DNA from: Nemertoderma westbladi
Taxonomy: Eukaryota; Animalia; Xenacoelomorpha
NCBI GenBank assembly: GCA_032718475.1
Contig: JAUCBJ010006541.1
Location: 1 to 55,058 of the forward strand
Length of the DNA: 55,058 nt
Reading direction: 5' to 3'
Shown: positions 22,526-35,523 of the stretch, piece after piece
Numbering within the stretch: position 1 is the first letter of the stretch
How the letters are laid out: every line of letters begins with the position of its first letter
Position numbers and translations under genes: made by a program
Notes under the pieces: generated by a model
What the model was told of the DNA's origin: nothing
Seen by the model: only the letters and a program-made list of their open reading frames with translations
Databases searched by the model: none

Positions 22526-22886
22526 TTAACAAAAACATTTTGTCTCCACCATGCAATCCACAATTGGCGAGCAATTCAAAATGATAGATTACCAATTTGG
22601 AGTCGCATTTTTAATCGAAAATTGAAATAATAAGATAAAATGAATTATTCAAAGAAAAAATCTATATTTTTATTAAAATTCAATGTTAAATTTTAAATTT
22701 CATTATTATTCATTATTAATAGGCTTGGTGGTTGTACAGTAGTTGATTATTAGCAACTCGATGATTTCCTTATTTAGTTGTCAAACTGCACCGATTGTAC
22801 CGGTAACTAACAGTCATTGTGTTTCCGATTGACGCTAATGAAATTTCACTGCTGTATAAACCATTCCCACCCTTCGTATAGTGTCA

Positions 22887-24544
22887 CTACTACTACTAGG
22901 TCGAGCGAACTCGGACAGTGGAAATGAGATCCTTCCAGGCTTCCCGATTCTCCATAGTTGTCGCAATTTCGTTTCTCCCAAGTTCAGTATCCCTTTCAAG
23001 TTGATGTATATATGTTATGGCCGGTCGTCCACGACTACGCTTTCCATGAGTTGGTTGCCAGAGAAGTAGATCTGGTATGACCTCGTCTTTACTTCGCCAG
23101 CAGTGCCCACTGAATCTTAATCTGCGTTCACGGAGGGTGGTTGATACAGGTGGTATTGTGTCATAAACCTCGGCGTTTGTCATGTGTTGTCTCCAGCTGA
23201 TGTTTAAGGCTGCCCTTAGTAGTCTTGTATAGCAACCATCAATTCGTTGTTCAAGTGATTTAGTCAGTGTCCAAGTCTCACCCCCGTATAAAAATACACT
23301 TTCCACTGTGGCTCGAAAGAACTTAGTCTTCAGGTGCCTGGAGAGATCTGATTTCCAGATGGTATCCATTTTTGATAGAGCTACCCAAGCCTTTGCTTTC
23401 CTAACTTCTATGTCCTTTTTGCTACTCTCTATCCATGATCCAAGGTACTGGAAGTCATCGACCTTCCTTAGTTGATTATTATCAATGGTTGTCACGTTTC
23501 CATCAACATTAAAGGTCATGAATTCGGTCTTTGTAGCATTTATATGCAATCCAACCTCCTTAGCAGCCCTCTCCACTTTATTTAGTAGAAGCTGTGCATC
23601 TGCTAGCGTATTAGAGAGCAGGGCGATGTCATCCGTAAAGTCGGTGTCTGTGACTGTAGTTGCCGGATATCTACTACTTCTGCGTTCTTGAAGTGTGAAT
23701 CCCAGATCTTCACCCTTTGTGGTCGTCCTCATTGCGTAATCCAGCACAATTACAAATAGTAATGGTGCTGATGTGTCACCTTGCAGTACGCCAGCCAGGA
23801 TTGAGAAAAACTCAGTTTCACCATCTGGTGAGAGTACCTGCGTTTCTGTGTCACAATATAACAATCCAATGCCTGCAACAATTACTTCTGGTATTCCATA
23901 AGCTCTTAGGATTTCAAGCATTTTACCTCCATGGATAGAGTCGAATGCCTTCTTGAAGTCCACAAAAGTCATGACTGCGGGGAGATTCTTTGACTTAATT
24001 CCTTCAATCAGTCTCCGTAGTGCAAGTATCTGAGCTATTGTTGATCTACTGTACTTAGTCGAAATCCGTTTTGGCTCTTTCGCAGTAGTTTCTCTATGTG
24101 AGGCCTAATCCTATATAGAATCACTTTATTGTATATTTTGGCAGCTACCACAAGCAGACAGATCCCACGATAGTTTGTTGTTATGCCGAGGTCTCCTTTC
24201 TTGGGGAGAGGCTTTAGTTTACCTTTAGTCCAAATTGGTGGTGGCTTTTCCACTTTTAACATCCGGTTACAAACATTCAATAATGGTCTGTTTAGCACTC
24301 CGGTTTTCCATACCTCCGCTGGGATTTTATCTAATCCACTCGCTTTATTATTGGACATTTTGCTTTTAATGCTTCTTTGGAGTTCGGCAGGTGTGAAGTC
24401 CCCTGTTTCTATAGGTAGTGTCTTGTCATATATTTTCCTTGTAGGGCTGACCTCGATGTTTGGTGGCTGCCCAAGCAAGTTGCTGAAGTGTGTATAAGTA
24501 TATATATAGAGTATATATATGTATATGTAGTGTGTAAGTGCGTA
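22887..24544 (-). mobile_element. 5'-truncated RTE LINE family A (RT domain) with 12-bp target-site duplication
   Basis: ORFs 24035-24478 (PLPKKGDL, NYRGICL, QNGFR) and 22896-23972 (FVDFKKAFDS, GVLQGD, DTDFTDD, YLGSWI, RLRFSGHCWR) are joined by a frameshift. It has a (TAG)n tail and is flanked by CGTATAGTGTCA at 22875-22886 and 24545-24556. Confidence 0.95.
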
Positions 24545-26799
24545 CGTATAGTGTCATCCGACGTTTAAGTTATACATTGTATATATCCTGTTAATAATTC
24601 TACTCAATAGGTTTCAAAATATTTATATTTTTTAATAATATTATTATCTTTAATTAATAAGAATTAATTATACATTATATTTATTATATTCAACAATAAA
24701 GATGAATAGTACAGTATAATTGATGTTATTATATCTTTAATCTCTTTATTCGATAATTAAAATTTTATATACAGTAACTAAGTAGGTAGAAAAGGATGTA
24801 CAACATGTATAACTTTATACGACTGTTGAGAATTATTTTACGGCGAGTAGGATTCCAATAGCGTCCATAGGATATAAGTTATGAAATATAACTTAAATAT
24901 AACTTATAACTATATAACTATATATAACTTATAATATAAATTAAGTTATATAAGTTAAGTCATATATGAGTTACAGTTTACCCGTTACCGTCGCAACCGG
25001 TACAAGACAACCACCATTTACTTTCATTTTACTTACAATCCGCATACAATAACGGCACGAGGGTAGGCCTCCCTCACCAAAATAAAATCAGATTTCCCCT
25101 AATCACTTTACCCCCTACCGCAGGTGCAAGTATACGCGTATAAGACCTGACAAAAACTCAGTCTGATGTCTTGAAAATACAGTATGTGCCATGTATCATG
25201 CAGGAAGAAATTATTATATACAACAATACGGAATGTCTGAAGTTTTTAATTTCAGCCATTTCGCCCTCTCACGGTAAACAGGAGTATTCTAGACGGATTA
25301 GCCTCCATTTAATGACACAGTTAATGATCTAGTATGCCGACATATCTGCTAAATTTCAGCTCGAATGGATAAAAAATAAAGAATTTGTAAGAAGTTAAAC
25401 ATAGCGAGAGAATGTTGAATTGAGGACCTCTGACTAATAAATGACTCGAGTTACCCGGTTGTCAACCGGAAACACAATCGGAAAACAATCTGGAATCCCA
25501 ATTAGAAAACCTTCCTTTGGTGTACTTATATAATGAACTTTGTATTACTTTGTCGGATTTTCCCTTGGTGGCGCATCTCAATTGTCATGACAATGGGTAG
25601 GCCAAAAAGGGCAACACTATCAAAATGTCGATAATAATATTATGAATTTATGAATAACGTAATATAAACTAAAGTAAACAATGACCCGTTATGTCATGTT
25701 TTGATAATACGGACCACCACCGCCCCCCCCCCCCCCCCCCCTCCATGTTTTTTACAAATCTTAACCCTCTTTACAAAATATTGCCCTTAAATTATTTTAA
25801 GTGTTTGACTTTTGATAAAATCGCATCTCGCAAACTCGCAAACTCGCATCCTAGTCATTCTTTGCAATAGTCGCCATTTTTCTATCATTAGAAAGCTTAC
25901 GTTACAAGTATTCTAAATACCAACATCTGAATGTCGTTAAGAATCAGCTGATACATATCGTCGTCATCAGGTAGGCCTTCAAAATATTGCAAGAATTATT
26001 ATTATACTGCCGAAATGGACTCAACGTAATTTTTAGACCTTAGAACAAATGTCTTAATTATCGATTATAACCAATTGGTTATTGATTATTGACATAATAA
26101 ATATTAACCAATAGGAGATGGTTTAGCGCGAAATTCAAACTCAAATTTTTACCTGCATTTTTCTCAAATGTGCTTATTTTTACTAAAAATGTATCTCCTC
26201 CGACATACACAACTGTACAAACCTTATTTGTTAAAACAGCTGTACGGCCAGCTTCGCATAGCAATTTTAAGCAATAAAAGTTTTAATGTAGGGGCCTCGA
26301 AAGATCCCTGAATTTGGTATTAATTCCCACCTCAGCAGAGCAGAAGTCTAAAACTCTCTTACCAATCAGATAGCCCCAAGCTGGGCTGGGAATACCGATT
26401 TTTAGCAGTATTTAGGTTATATTTCCCACTGATCATTATTTTCATTGCTTGCTGGAGTTTTATAGCTATATTTTCAACATGTTTGCCTAACTTAGAACTA
26501 TCCGTATGTTATATTAGCTACTAAATATTCTACACTATGCCCTACATTATACAATAAAACAAAACATACACGATTTACATTCATATTTTTAATACATAGC
26601 AAATAATACGTGTCGGCTATTTTATATAAACCTTTGATATCTTAACATGTTTATCCCAAATAGGGAGCAAAATAAAATGTGTTTGAATAATGTTCAAATT
26701 TTGGAACATATTTAAATTCATAATAGGCAATAATTTCCAGTTATCTAGAGCCTTTAAATTTTTTATTTGATAAATAGAAATTTAGCGTTTTAATTTCAG

Positions 26800-26944
26800 G
26801 TACATATGATGGCTGTTTTAGTAACATTGGTACTGTGTTTGGTGCATAAAATCCTGAAATATACAGTAACCAGGTACGGGAATAGCGTGTTTAAAGATTT
26901 ACAGGCCTTGGAAGAAGAGGGAATGGATGATGACGAGAACGGAG
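26800..26944 (+). CDS. SLC10-like exon (last TM helix and start of cytoplasmic tail)
   Basis: TTTCAG|GTA CAT ATG...GGA G|GTATGT. Peptide VHMMAVLVTLVLCLVHKILKY...EEEGMDDDENG. Phases match both neighbouring exons. Confidence 0.8.
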
Positions 26945-27790
26945 GTATGTTATTCAGAATGAGTTGTCCTGTCCTTTGTACCGGTACGTTCTACGGTACA
27001 GACTTATATTACTCCAAATAAACATCAATGCATACAGAAGGTAGCCAAAATACGCGACATAATATGAGCAACCACGAACATCAGTAAATTCCTTGGTGTC
27101 TTGATTGTCTCACTTTATGTCTTAAAATCATTATCCATACTAGTAGAGTGGTATTGGAAGAAAGTCGCTCCTCCCTTTTTGGTCAGTCATACCTTGAATT
27201 TAGTCTGCTCTCAATCGCAGCAACGTTATTCAACAGAAACATATCGCATTGGGATCACATAGAGAGACAATTGAGTAGAGTAGTTCAGAATAGTTTCCGT
27301 AAATGTTGAGGCACCTTTGTGTCAATATTCTGGCACTGAATGATTATAATTGGCTTTTATTGTAAAGGTCTGCTTTCGATTCGATTCTGCTTCAACAACA
27401 ACACATATTATACATATACAGTACATATTCAAAATACTTCAAGCCTATGGGATGCATGTTAAATCATCAGATTGTTGTAGAGAATTAATGTAATCAGATC
27501 CATTTATTGTGACTTTATTTCCCACTTCAGAGGGTGACATAAACTCATTTTGAAGTTATGTGAGGTGTCATTCATAGAGAGATACTTACCCAAATTTTCA
27601 TCATTACTGGGTGGTCTATATTATTCAGACATCAATAATTCGGAATATACTGTATATACTCTCAATATAATATCGATAGACGTGAATTACAATCAAGCTG
27701 CATTCAATGTTGGTACTTTTGTAATAGCAAGAAGACCAAACTCCTGACAGCAATTTTTGACCAGACCTTTATTGATAGAAATACAAATGA

Positions 27791-27928
27791 TGTGGGGCGA
27801 GCCACGAAAGTAAGCGAGCTTAGCATACGGGTACCATTAACTCAATCGGTGTGTCTGTTGTGGGGCGAGCCACGAAAGTAAGCGATGTTAGCTTACGGGT
27901 ACCACTATCTCAATCGGTGTGTCTGTTG
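27791..27928. repeat. 68-bp tandem duplication, probably the duplicated 5' end of a Helentron-like element
   Basis: TGTGGGGCGAGCCACGAAAGTAAGCGA...CTCAATCGGTGTGTCTGTTG occurs twice and is followed by a (TTCTGTCG)-like microsatellite. Confidence 0.7.
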
Positions 27929-28286
27929 TTCTGTCGTTCGGTTTTTCTGTCGTTCTGTTGTATTGTGTTGACATGTTAAATTAATATTTCAGTATCAATA
28001 CTATCAGCTTAAGGTAAGTTTTAATATTTCTTACAAATTGTGTCGTCTCCACGCCTAAAATATTTATTATATTACTTCATGAGTTTAACATGTTACCAAT
28101 AACATGAGTTTATTGATTTATTTCTTTGATGGTTAAATAAATGAAATTATATGCGATCTTTAATATTTTTGCTAGAAAATTGTGCTGTTTGTATATTTGT
28201 GAATCGCTTCCAGTTCTATATTACTTTTAAAACACAAATTTCTTGATAATACCTGCCTATCATCAATCCTGTGTGCGTCTTTGGGT

Positions 28287-28623
28287 TATAATAATAATAA
28301 TATATATTTATATAGCGCTAATACCAAAATAAGACATTTAAGCTCTAAGCGCTTTTATTTCTAAAAATGAGTCCAGGTACCAGTTTTTAAAATAATCCAA
28401 AGATTAAATAACTTAGCGATCTACTAAGGTGAGTTCAGTTAAAATAAATATTTGATTTAAAAAAACTTTAAAAACGCGCAGCAGGAGATAGGTAATTACT
28501 AATTACAATTATAAATTCGAAAATGTAGCATCCCTTTCACGATTGGTATACTTCAATGAAGTGGTGTGTCTTAAGACGCGATTAAAATAGTGTTAATGAG
28601 TTAATGTGCCGCAATTCACTGGG
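28287..28623 (-). mobile_element. 3' end of an L2-type LINE
   Basis: The minus strand reads PSELRHINSLTLF*SRLKTHHF, matching the L2/CR1 C-terminal LPxxLR..SL..FK..LKTHLF motif. It is followed by AAGCGCTT..AGCGCTATATAAAT and an (ATT)n tail. Confidence 0.65.
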
Positions 28624-29049
28624 TTGGGGTTAGGTGGTGCTGATTAAGAGGGAGGTTGAAGGGTGGGGGGGGGGGGGGGGGGGGGGCTTTATTCCCTCTC
28701 TTTGAATTACTGGTGTTTGGTTAAATTTCTATGTGTCTATGTCTATAATCTAAATTTCTAATGTCTATGTCATATCGATCTGCTTTGAGTCTCAGTCGTC
28801 TTGTAATGTCACCGCTTCATATATTTATACACAGCTTCATCCGCTTCTACCTACAGAGTTATATAACATTTGGCCTACAAATGTCATATAATAAAATGTT
28901 ATGGATTAACTGTGCCGAACACGAACCGAATGCGGAAGACCACGCCATGACATTAACAGACGCTTAATTAAAAGATGACTTTTCGAATCATTCGTAATTT
29001 ATATTTTACTTTTATATATTTCATTATATTTTTATACGTTTATATGTAG

Positions 29050-29516
29050 ATGATGATAACACGATAACAAGTAAAGCAATGAATATGCTTCAATCATGTC
29101 GCAATGGTAACACCAACGATTCTCAAGAGAATCAACTACTGCGGCAGGACTGTGATAAAGACGGAATACCATTCGAGAACGTTCTAGAACCCCCGCTCGC
29201 AACTCCCCAATACAGTGTAAAGTCAGCCACTCGGAAAGCAGTGCCGATGCTATCCCGAAAACTGCCGCAGATGAACCACAGTCCGTCTGCAAGGATAAAA
29301 TCGAAACGTAATGACATCCCTCTGACGACAGACAATGATACACGGATTCCTAACGCTACCACACATAGAGCGGAAGTGCACGGGGATAGGAGGGGCAAAG
29401 ATTCTCCGCCGCCAGAGGGACACGATACTAAATTCCCTAATGATACACGAGATGGCGTCAATTATTTATTAGAGGAAGTTAAAGCCAAAACCAACAATAT
29501 TTCATCCATCGTTTAG
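29050..29516 (+). CDS. SLC10-like terminal exon (long low-complexity cytoplasmic tail)
   Basis: TGTAG|AT GAT GAT is in phase with the previous exon. The frame continues into ORF 29079-29516 and ends in TAG. Confidence 0.7.
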
Positions 29517-31606
29517 TAATTATATAATATTTGGTTCAATTTGATTATAATTATATAAGTATATCTATATATATATATAAGTATATAGTTATAAGTACGT
29601 AATAATATTAAATGCATTTGTAAAAGGAATAATAAATAGGTAACCATATAAAGGCCGACAATCTTTAGTATTCGAGTTAAAGTAGTGAATGACCTACTGT
29701 AAAGCTAATATAGATTTATTTGTTTTCGTTAGCGATATATTTTATAAAAAAAAAACCAGAAATCGTAGTCACAAACTCCGGAAAAATAGGCCAGATGAAT
29801 TCAGTCCAGTTGATGAATATTATACGGAATTTGGCGTAATAATTATTAACACAAAGTTAACGAATGTTAGAGAAGAGAAGAAAGAATATGGATCGAATTA
29901 AGGCTGTTCCAGAATAATTTATTTAATTGTACAGATCAAAAACGAAACAAATCTATTACAATTGCATTCTAGATTGCACTCTTCTAGTTCTAACTTGACT
30001 GAGAGTTGATTATTTAAAAAAAACTCAACATTTTGTCACTTTTATAAGTCCTAAAGTATCAAAATAAAAATATTGCTAAAATTGTACATGCTCTGATCAC
30101 ATTTGTTGAGAGTTATAGAAGAGGAAGGGTTGAACACTCATAAGATCAAGCGGGTTGTTACTATTACTTTAGAATTCTTTACGATTAGAAATTTCGAAAA
30201 AATTTAGTTTCATAATTGCATCTATAAGGCTATATAACTACACGTTACTATAACTACAAGTTTCCCATATTTCCCATGCTTGAAAGGAAAATAATTGGTG
30301 CAAGTTTTTAGTTTTAAGATAGTGATAATTTCACAAAATTAGGCCTACTACCGAAAGTAGGCTACTACCGAAAAAGATTTACTAGTTATATTACATTTTT
30401 TCATAATTATATGTTATGTATATATTAAAATTCCAAAGCCTATATTTCTGATGCACACATTTTGTGTAAGTTGGTTTTAAGCTACTTAAAGGGAAAGTTG
30501 CATTTCCTAGTTTGTTGAAGTTGCCCCGCCCCACGCATCATTTTACCGCTGTCGCATTTCAGTTATGTTATTTGTGGTAAACTGAAATGGAACTTTACGA
30601 TAGAAAAGCCACTATAATGTAGTTCTTTAGTTAGCATCGAAAAACTTTGGATTTGTGAACTAAATATTTATATATATTTTTATTATTGAGTAATGTTTTA
30701 CGTGAGAGTATTATTTTTCACAAAAACACGTAAACATTTTCATGTCTACATGACGTGTCTCATCGTGTCCTACAGCTAACTGTGGAAAATTTTTTTAAAT
30801 TTCAGTCAATGAATAATCCAAATCATAATTTTTAATAGTTTTTGGGAAAGGTTTCCCGATTTGAAATCCAGAAATAATTATGTGTAGCAGATTTCAATAG
30901 CGGTGTGACGAAGGAGAACCTGTATGTAGGCCTACCATTTATATGACGAGGGACAATTTATGCACCAATGGGTAAAAAATTAAAATGAAATAAAAATAAA
31001 TAAAGATCTCAAATTGATCATGTGCAATCGTTCTGGTGTTTTACCGGACCGCGGTACGTGACAGTGGGACGTGGTAATCACCGCGTGCGACGCTGTTTAT
31101 TCCTATTGCTCAATTAAACTCGCATTCCCTCGACGCCCTAATCAACTCCCCCATTGAGTCGGGATACAACCGTCGCTGGATTCCCGCTCCATCTCCCTCC
31201 AGTACCTACCGCCGCCTACCGGTAGCTGTAATCCGATTTCTGCCCCTTTGTAACTGAGTCAACCCTTAACACTATCCAACCACCCAGCACTTCGTTACTC
31301 TGAGTGTAATAACGTTTGCGAACAGCTCCGCCCGTTGCTGAGCTGATATTCCTGAAATTCCTAATATTAATTTTACTTTCCGATAAACCGACCGAAAACG
31401 TTACGAATACCTTTGTAACTTCGTTGAACATTGAAGTTGATATATTTTAAAACTGAAGTTAGTGACCACTTTTAATGAGATCAGCATTTCGCTTCATGGC
31501 GAAACATAATATTCTAGAACTTCATTATGCAGATAGTGATGGACCTTCGATACTGTCAAAATACATTCTTCTCCACGGGAAAATCTACGCAAATAACAAC
31601 TTAGTA

Positions 31607-32361
31607 CAGGCTCCAGCCTATGAACCCGTAGGAATTTTATATATGACTGAGCTACCCTACATAGATGTTTTGTGCAGACTTGGGACATTAAAAAAAAATG
31701 AGATAGACTTCACCAAATGGTTGTGCTCGTTTTTAGGGGTCTTAAACATAGCAACGGAGAAAATTACCATAGCAACAGCTCTTATAGTAGATATGACGAT
31801 TTAAAATTAGAAATTTAAGATTAATATTTTGGATATGAATAATTTAATGGCATATTTCGTTTTTTGAAAATACCATAGCAACCAGGCGAAAACGATCTTC
31901 AAAGATAGCAATATTGACAATGTCAACTAGAAACTGAAAAAGAATGCATATTGTTCCTTATACTTGATATAATAGTGGTAGGCTCTGATTCCATCATGAT
32001 ACGACCACTGAATACGTATTACAAAGCCCGTTGCTATGGACATTGTCAATATTGCTATCTTTGAAGGTCGTTTTCGCCTGGTTGCTATGGTACTTTCAAA
32101 AAACGAAATATGCCATTAAATTCTTCATATCCAAAATATTAATCTGCTATAAATTTTAAATCGGATCGTCATATCTAATATAAGAACTGTTGCTATGACA
32201 AATTTTCTCCGTTGCTATGTTTAAGACACCCTAAAAATCGAGCGCAACCATGGTGAAGTCTACCCAAATTTATTTAAATATCCCAAGTCTGCACTAAACA
32301 TATATGTAGGGTAGAGCCGAGTCATATATAAAATTCCTACGGGGTCATAAGCTGGAGCCTG
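31607..32361. mobile_element. Foldback MITE, Tc1/mariner-type (TA TSD), about 320-bp arms
   Basis: TA|CAGGCTCCAGC... and ...GCTGGAGCCTG|TA. Arms 31607-31925 and 32039-32361 are reverse complements around a spacer of about 115 bp. Confidence 0.85.
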
Positions 32362-33702
32362 TACTAACTGATTACTCCCAAAAATAAAACATATATTTAC
32401 TGCAGTTCTTATATTGTTTTGGTTAGAATATCGTTATTAACGTCGTATTGGCTGTTGAGTGGGATTTACTAGTTTACATTACTACATCTACTATTAATTA
32501 TGAATTAGTAGGCCTACTTGGAACAAACTGTCGATAAATCAGATGGAACAAAATGTCGCTAAATCAGATGGAACAAATTGTCGCTAAATCAAATGGGACA
32601 TATTGTCGATAAATGAGATGCGACATATTGTCGATAAATCAGATGGAACAAATTGTCGATAAATTAGATGGAACAAATTGTCGCTAAATCAAATGGGACA
32701 TATTGTCGATAAATGAGATGCGACATATTGTCGATAAATCAGATGGAACAAATTGTCGCTAAATCAGATGGGACAAATTGTCGCTAAATCAAATGGGACA
32801 TATTGTCGATAAATGAGATGCGACATATTGTCGATAAATCAGATGGAACAAATTGTCGATAAATTAGATGGAACAAATTGTCGATAAATCAGATGGAACA
32901 AATTGTCGATAAATTAGATGGGACATATTATCGATAATTCAGATGGAACATATTGTCGATAAATCAGATGGAACAAATTGTCGATAAATGAGATCGAACA
33001 AATTGTCGATAAATTAGATGGGACATATTATCGATAATTCAGATGGAACATATTGTCGATAAATCAGATGGAACAAATTGTCGATAAATTAGATGGAACA
33101 AATTGTCGATAAATCAGATGGAACAAATTGTCGATAAATTAGATGGGACATATTATCGATAATTCAGATTGAACATATTGTCGATAAATCAGATGGAACA
33201 TATTGTCGATAAATGAGATGCGACATATTGTCGATAAATCAGATGGAACAAATTGTCGATAAATTAGATGGGACATATTATCGATAATTCAGATAGAACA
33301 AACTGTCGATAAATCAGATGGAACAAATTGTCGCTAAATCAGATGGAACAAATTGTCGATAAATGAGATGGGACATATTGTTGATAAATCAGATGGGACA
33401 TATTGTTGATAAATCAGATGGAACAAATTGTCGCTAAATCAGATGGGACATATTGTCAATAAATCAGATGGAACATATTGTCGATAAATCAGATGGAACA
33501 AATTGTCGATAAATGAGATGCGACATATTGTCGATAAATCAGATGGAACAAATTGTCGATAAATTAGATGGAACAAATTGTTGCTAAATCAAATGGGACA
33601 TATTGTCGATAAATTAGATGCGACATATTGTTAATAAATCAGATGGAACAAATTGTCGATAAATCAGATGGAACAAATTGTCGATAAATGAGATGGGACA
33701 TA

Positions 33703-33961
33703 ATAATAATAATAATAATATTGGTTATTTATATAGCGCTTTTCTACGCTCAGCATACTCAAAGCGCTTTTATTATCATTACCCCAGCAAAGCCAGGTTC
33801 CCATTATACCGCTGGGTTGACGTAGGCACTAATGTCTAAAGTGTCTTGCCTAGGGACACAACAGTGCGAAATTTCTACAGCCTTTAGTCAGATTCGAACC
33901 TGCGCCACCAAACACTATTGTGTAAGCAGTTCAGGCGCCGTATCCACTCGGACACTGCGAC
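33703..33961 (-). mobile_element. tRNA(Ser/Leu)-derived V-type SINE with L2-like tail, copy 1
   Basis: Minus strand: GTCGCAGTGTCCGAGTGG (A box), GGTTCGAATC (B box), and the V-domain-like GTTGTGTCCCTAGGCAAGACACTT..CCCAGCGGTATAATGGGAACC. The tail is AAGCGCTTTGAG..GAAAAGCGCTATATAAAT plus (ATT)n. GACATA is duplicated at both ends. Confidence 0.85.
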
Positions 33962-35264
33962 ATATTGTTGATAAATCAGATGGAACAAATTGTCGATAAA
34001 TGAGATGGGACATATTGTTGAGAAATCAGATGGGACATATTATTGATAAATCAGATGGGACATATTGTTGATAAATCAGATGGGACATATTGTCGATAAA
34101 TCAGATGGGACATATTGTTGATAAATCAGATGGAACAAATTGTCGATAAAGGAGATGGGACATATTGTTAATAAATCAGATGGAACATATTGTCGCTAAA
34201 TCAGATGGAACAAATTGTCGATAAATCAGTTGGAACAAATTGTCGATAAATCAGATGGAACAAATTGTCGATAAATGAGATGCGACATATTGTCGATAAA
34301 TCAGATGGAACAAATTGTCGATAAATCAGATGGAACAAATTGTCGATAAATCAGATGGGACATATTGTTGATAAATCAGATGGGACATATTGTTGATAAA
34401 TCAGATGGGACATATTGTTGATAAATCAGATGGAACAAATTGTCGATAAATCAGATGGAACAAATTGTCGATAAATCAGATGGGACATATTGTTGATAAA
34501 TCAGATGGGACATATTGTTGATAAATCAGATGGAACAAATTGTCGATAAATCAGATGGGACATATTGTTAATAAATCAGATGGAACATATTGTCGCTAAA
34601 TCAGATGGAACAAATTGTCGATAAATCAGATGGGACATATTGTTGATAAATCAGATGGAACAAATTGTCGATAAATGAGATGCGACATATTGTCGATAAA
34701 TCAGATGGAACAAATTGTCGATAAATCAGATGGAACAAATTGTCGATAAATCAGATGGGACATATTGTTGATAAATCAGATGGGACATATTGTTGATAAA
34801 TCAGATGGGACATATTGTTGATAAATCAGATGGAACAAATTGTCGATAAATCAGATGGAACAAATTGTCGATAAATCAGATGGGACATATTGTTGATAAA
34901 TCAGATGGAACAAATTGTCGATAAATTAGATGGAACAAATTGTCGATAAATCAGATGGGACATATTGTTGATAAATCAGATGGAACAAATTGTCGCTAAA
35001 TCAGATGGGACATATTGTCAATAAATCAGATGGAACATATTGTCGATAAATCAGATGGAACAAATTGTCGATAAATGAGATGCGACATATTGTCGATAAA
35101 TCAGATGGAACAAATTGTCGATAAATTAGATGGAACAAATTGTCGCTAAATCAAATGGGACATATTGTCGATAAATGAGATGCGACATATTGTTAATAAA
35201 TCAGATGGAACAAATTGTCGATAAATCAGATGGAACAAATTGTCGATAAATGAGATGGGACATA

Positions 35265-35523
35265 ATAATAATAATAATAATATTGGTTATTTATATAGCG
35301 CTTTTCTACGCTCAGCATACTCAAAGCGCTTTTATTATCATTACCCCAGCAAAGCCAGGTTCCCATTATACCGCTGGGTTGACGTAGGCACTAATGTCTA
35401 AAGTGTCTTGCCTAGGGACACAACAGTGCGAAATTTCTACAGCCTTTAGTCAGATTCGAACCTGCGCCACCAAACACTATTGTGTAAGCAGTTCAGGCGC
35501 CGTATCCACTCGGACACTGCGAC
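35265..35523 (-). mobile_element. tRNA(Ser/Leu)-derived V-type SINE with L2-like tail, copy 2
   Basis: Apparently identical to 33703-33961, with the same satellite junctions, offset by 1562 bp. Confidence 0.85.

Larger units (their letters stand above)
16032..29516 (+). other. Gene model: SLC10 family sodium/bile-acid symporter-like (P3/SLC10A3-type with lumenal N-terminal extension); join(16032-16172,17727-17854,18007-18166,19456-19577,20081-20286,22128-22293,26800-26944,29050-29516); 5' exons unresolved
   Basis: All introns are GT-AG and the phases are mutually consistent, giving about 510 open codons. Family motifs are MGAEV..KKPAGI..QFVLMPL, GCCPGGGISN..DGEVTLS, MGMMPL, VPY and RTIALEVGLQN. 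Confidence 0.9.

Noticed and set aside
29517-30100. SECIS element or genome-wide UGA reassignment to explain the TGA codons at 15619 and 15912
   Set aside because: The only ATGA..AAA..GA candidate (about 29688-29720) has too short a helix. The long host ORFs use TGG/TGY with no in-frame TGA.
33860-33961. tRNA gene (also 3365-3428 and 35420-35523)
   Set aside because: A and B boxes are present, but there is no complete cloverleaf or acceptor stem and each continues into a SINE body.
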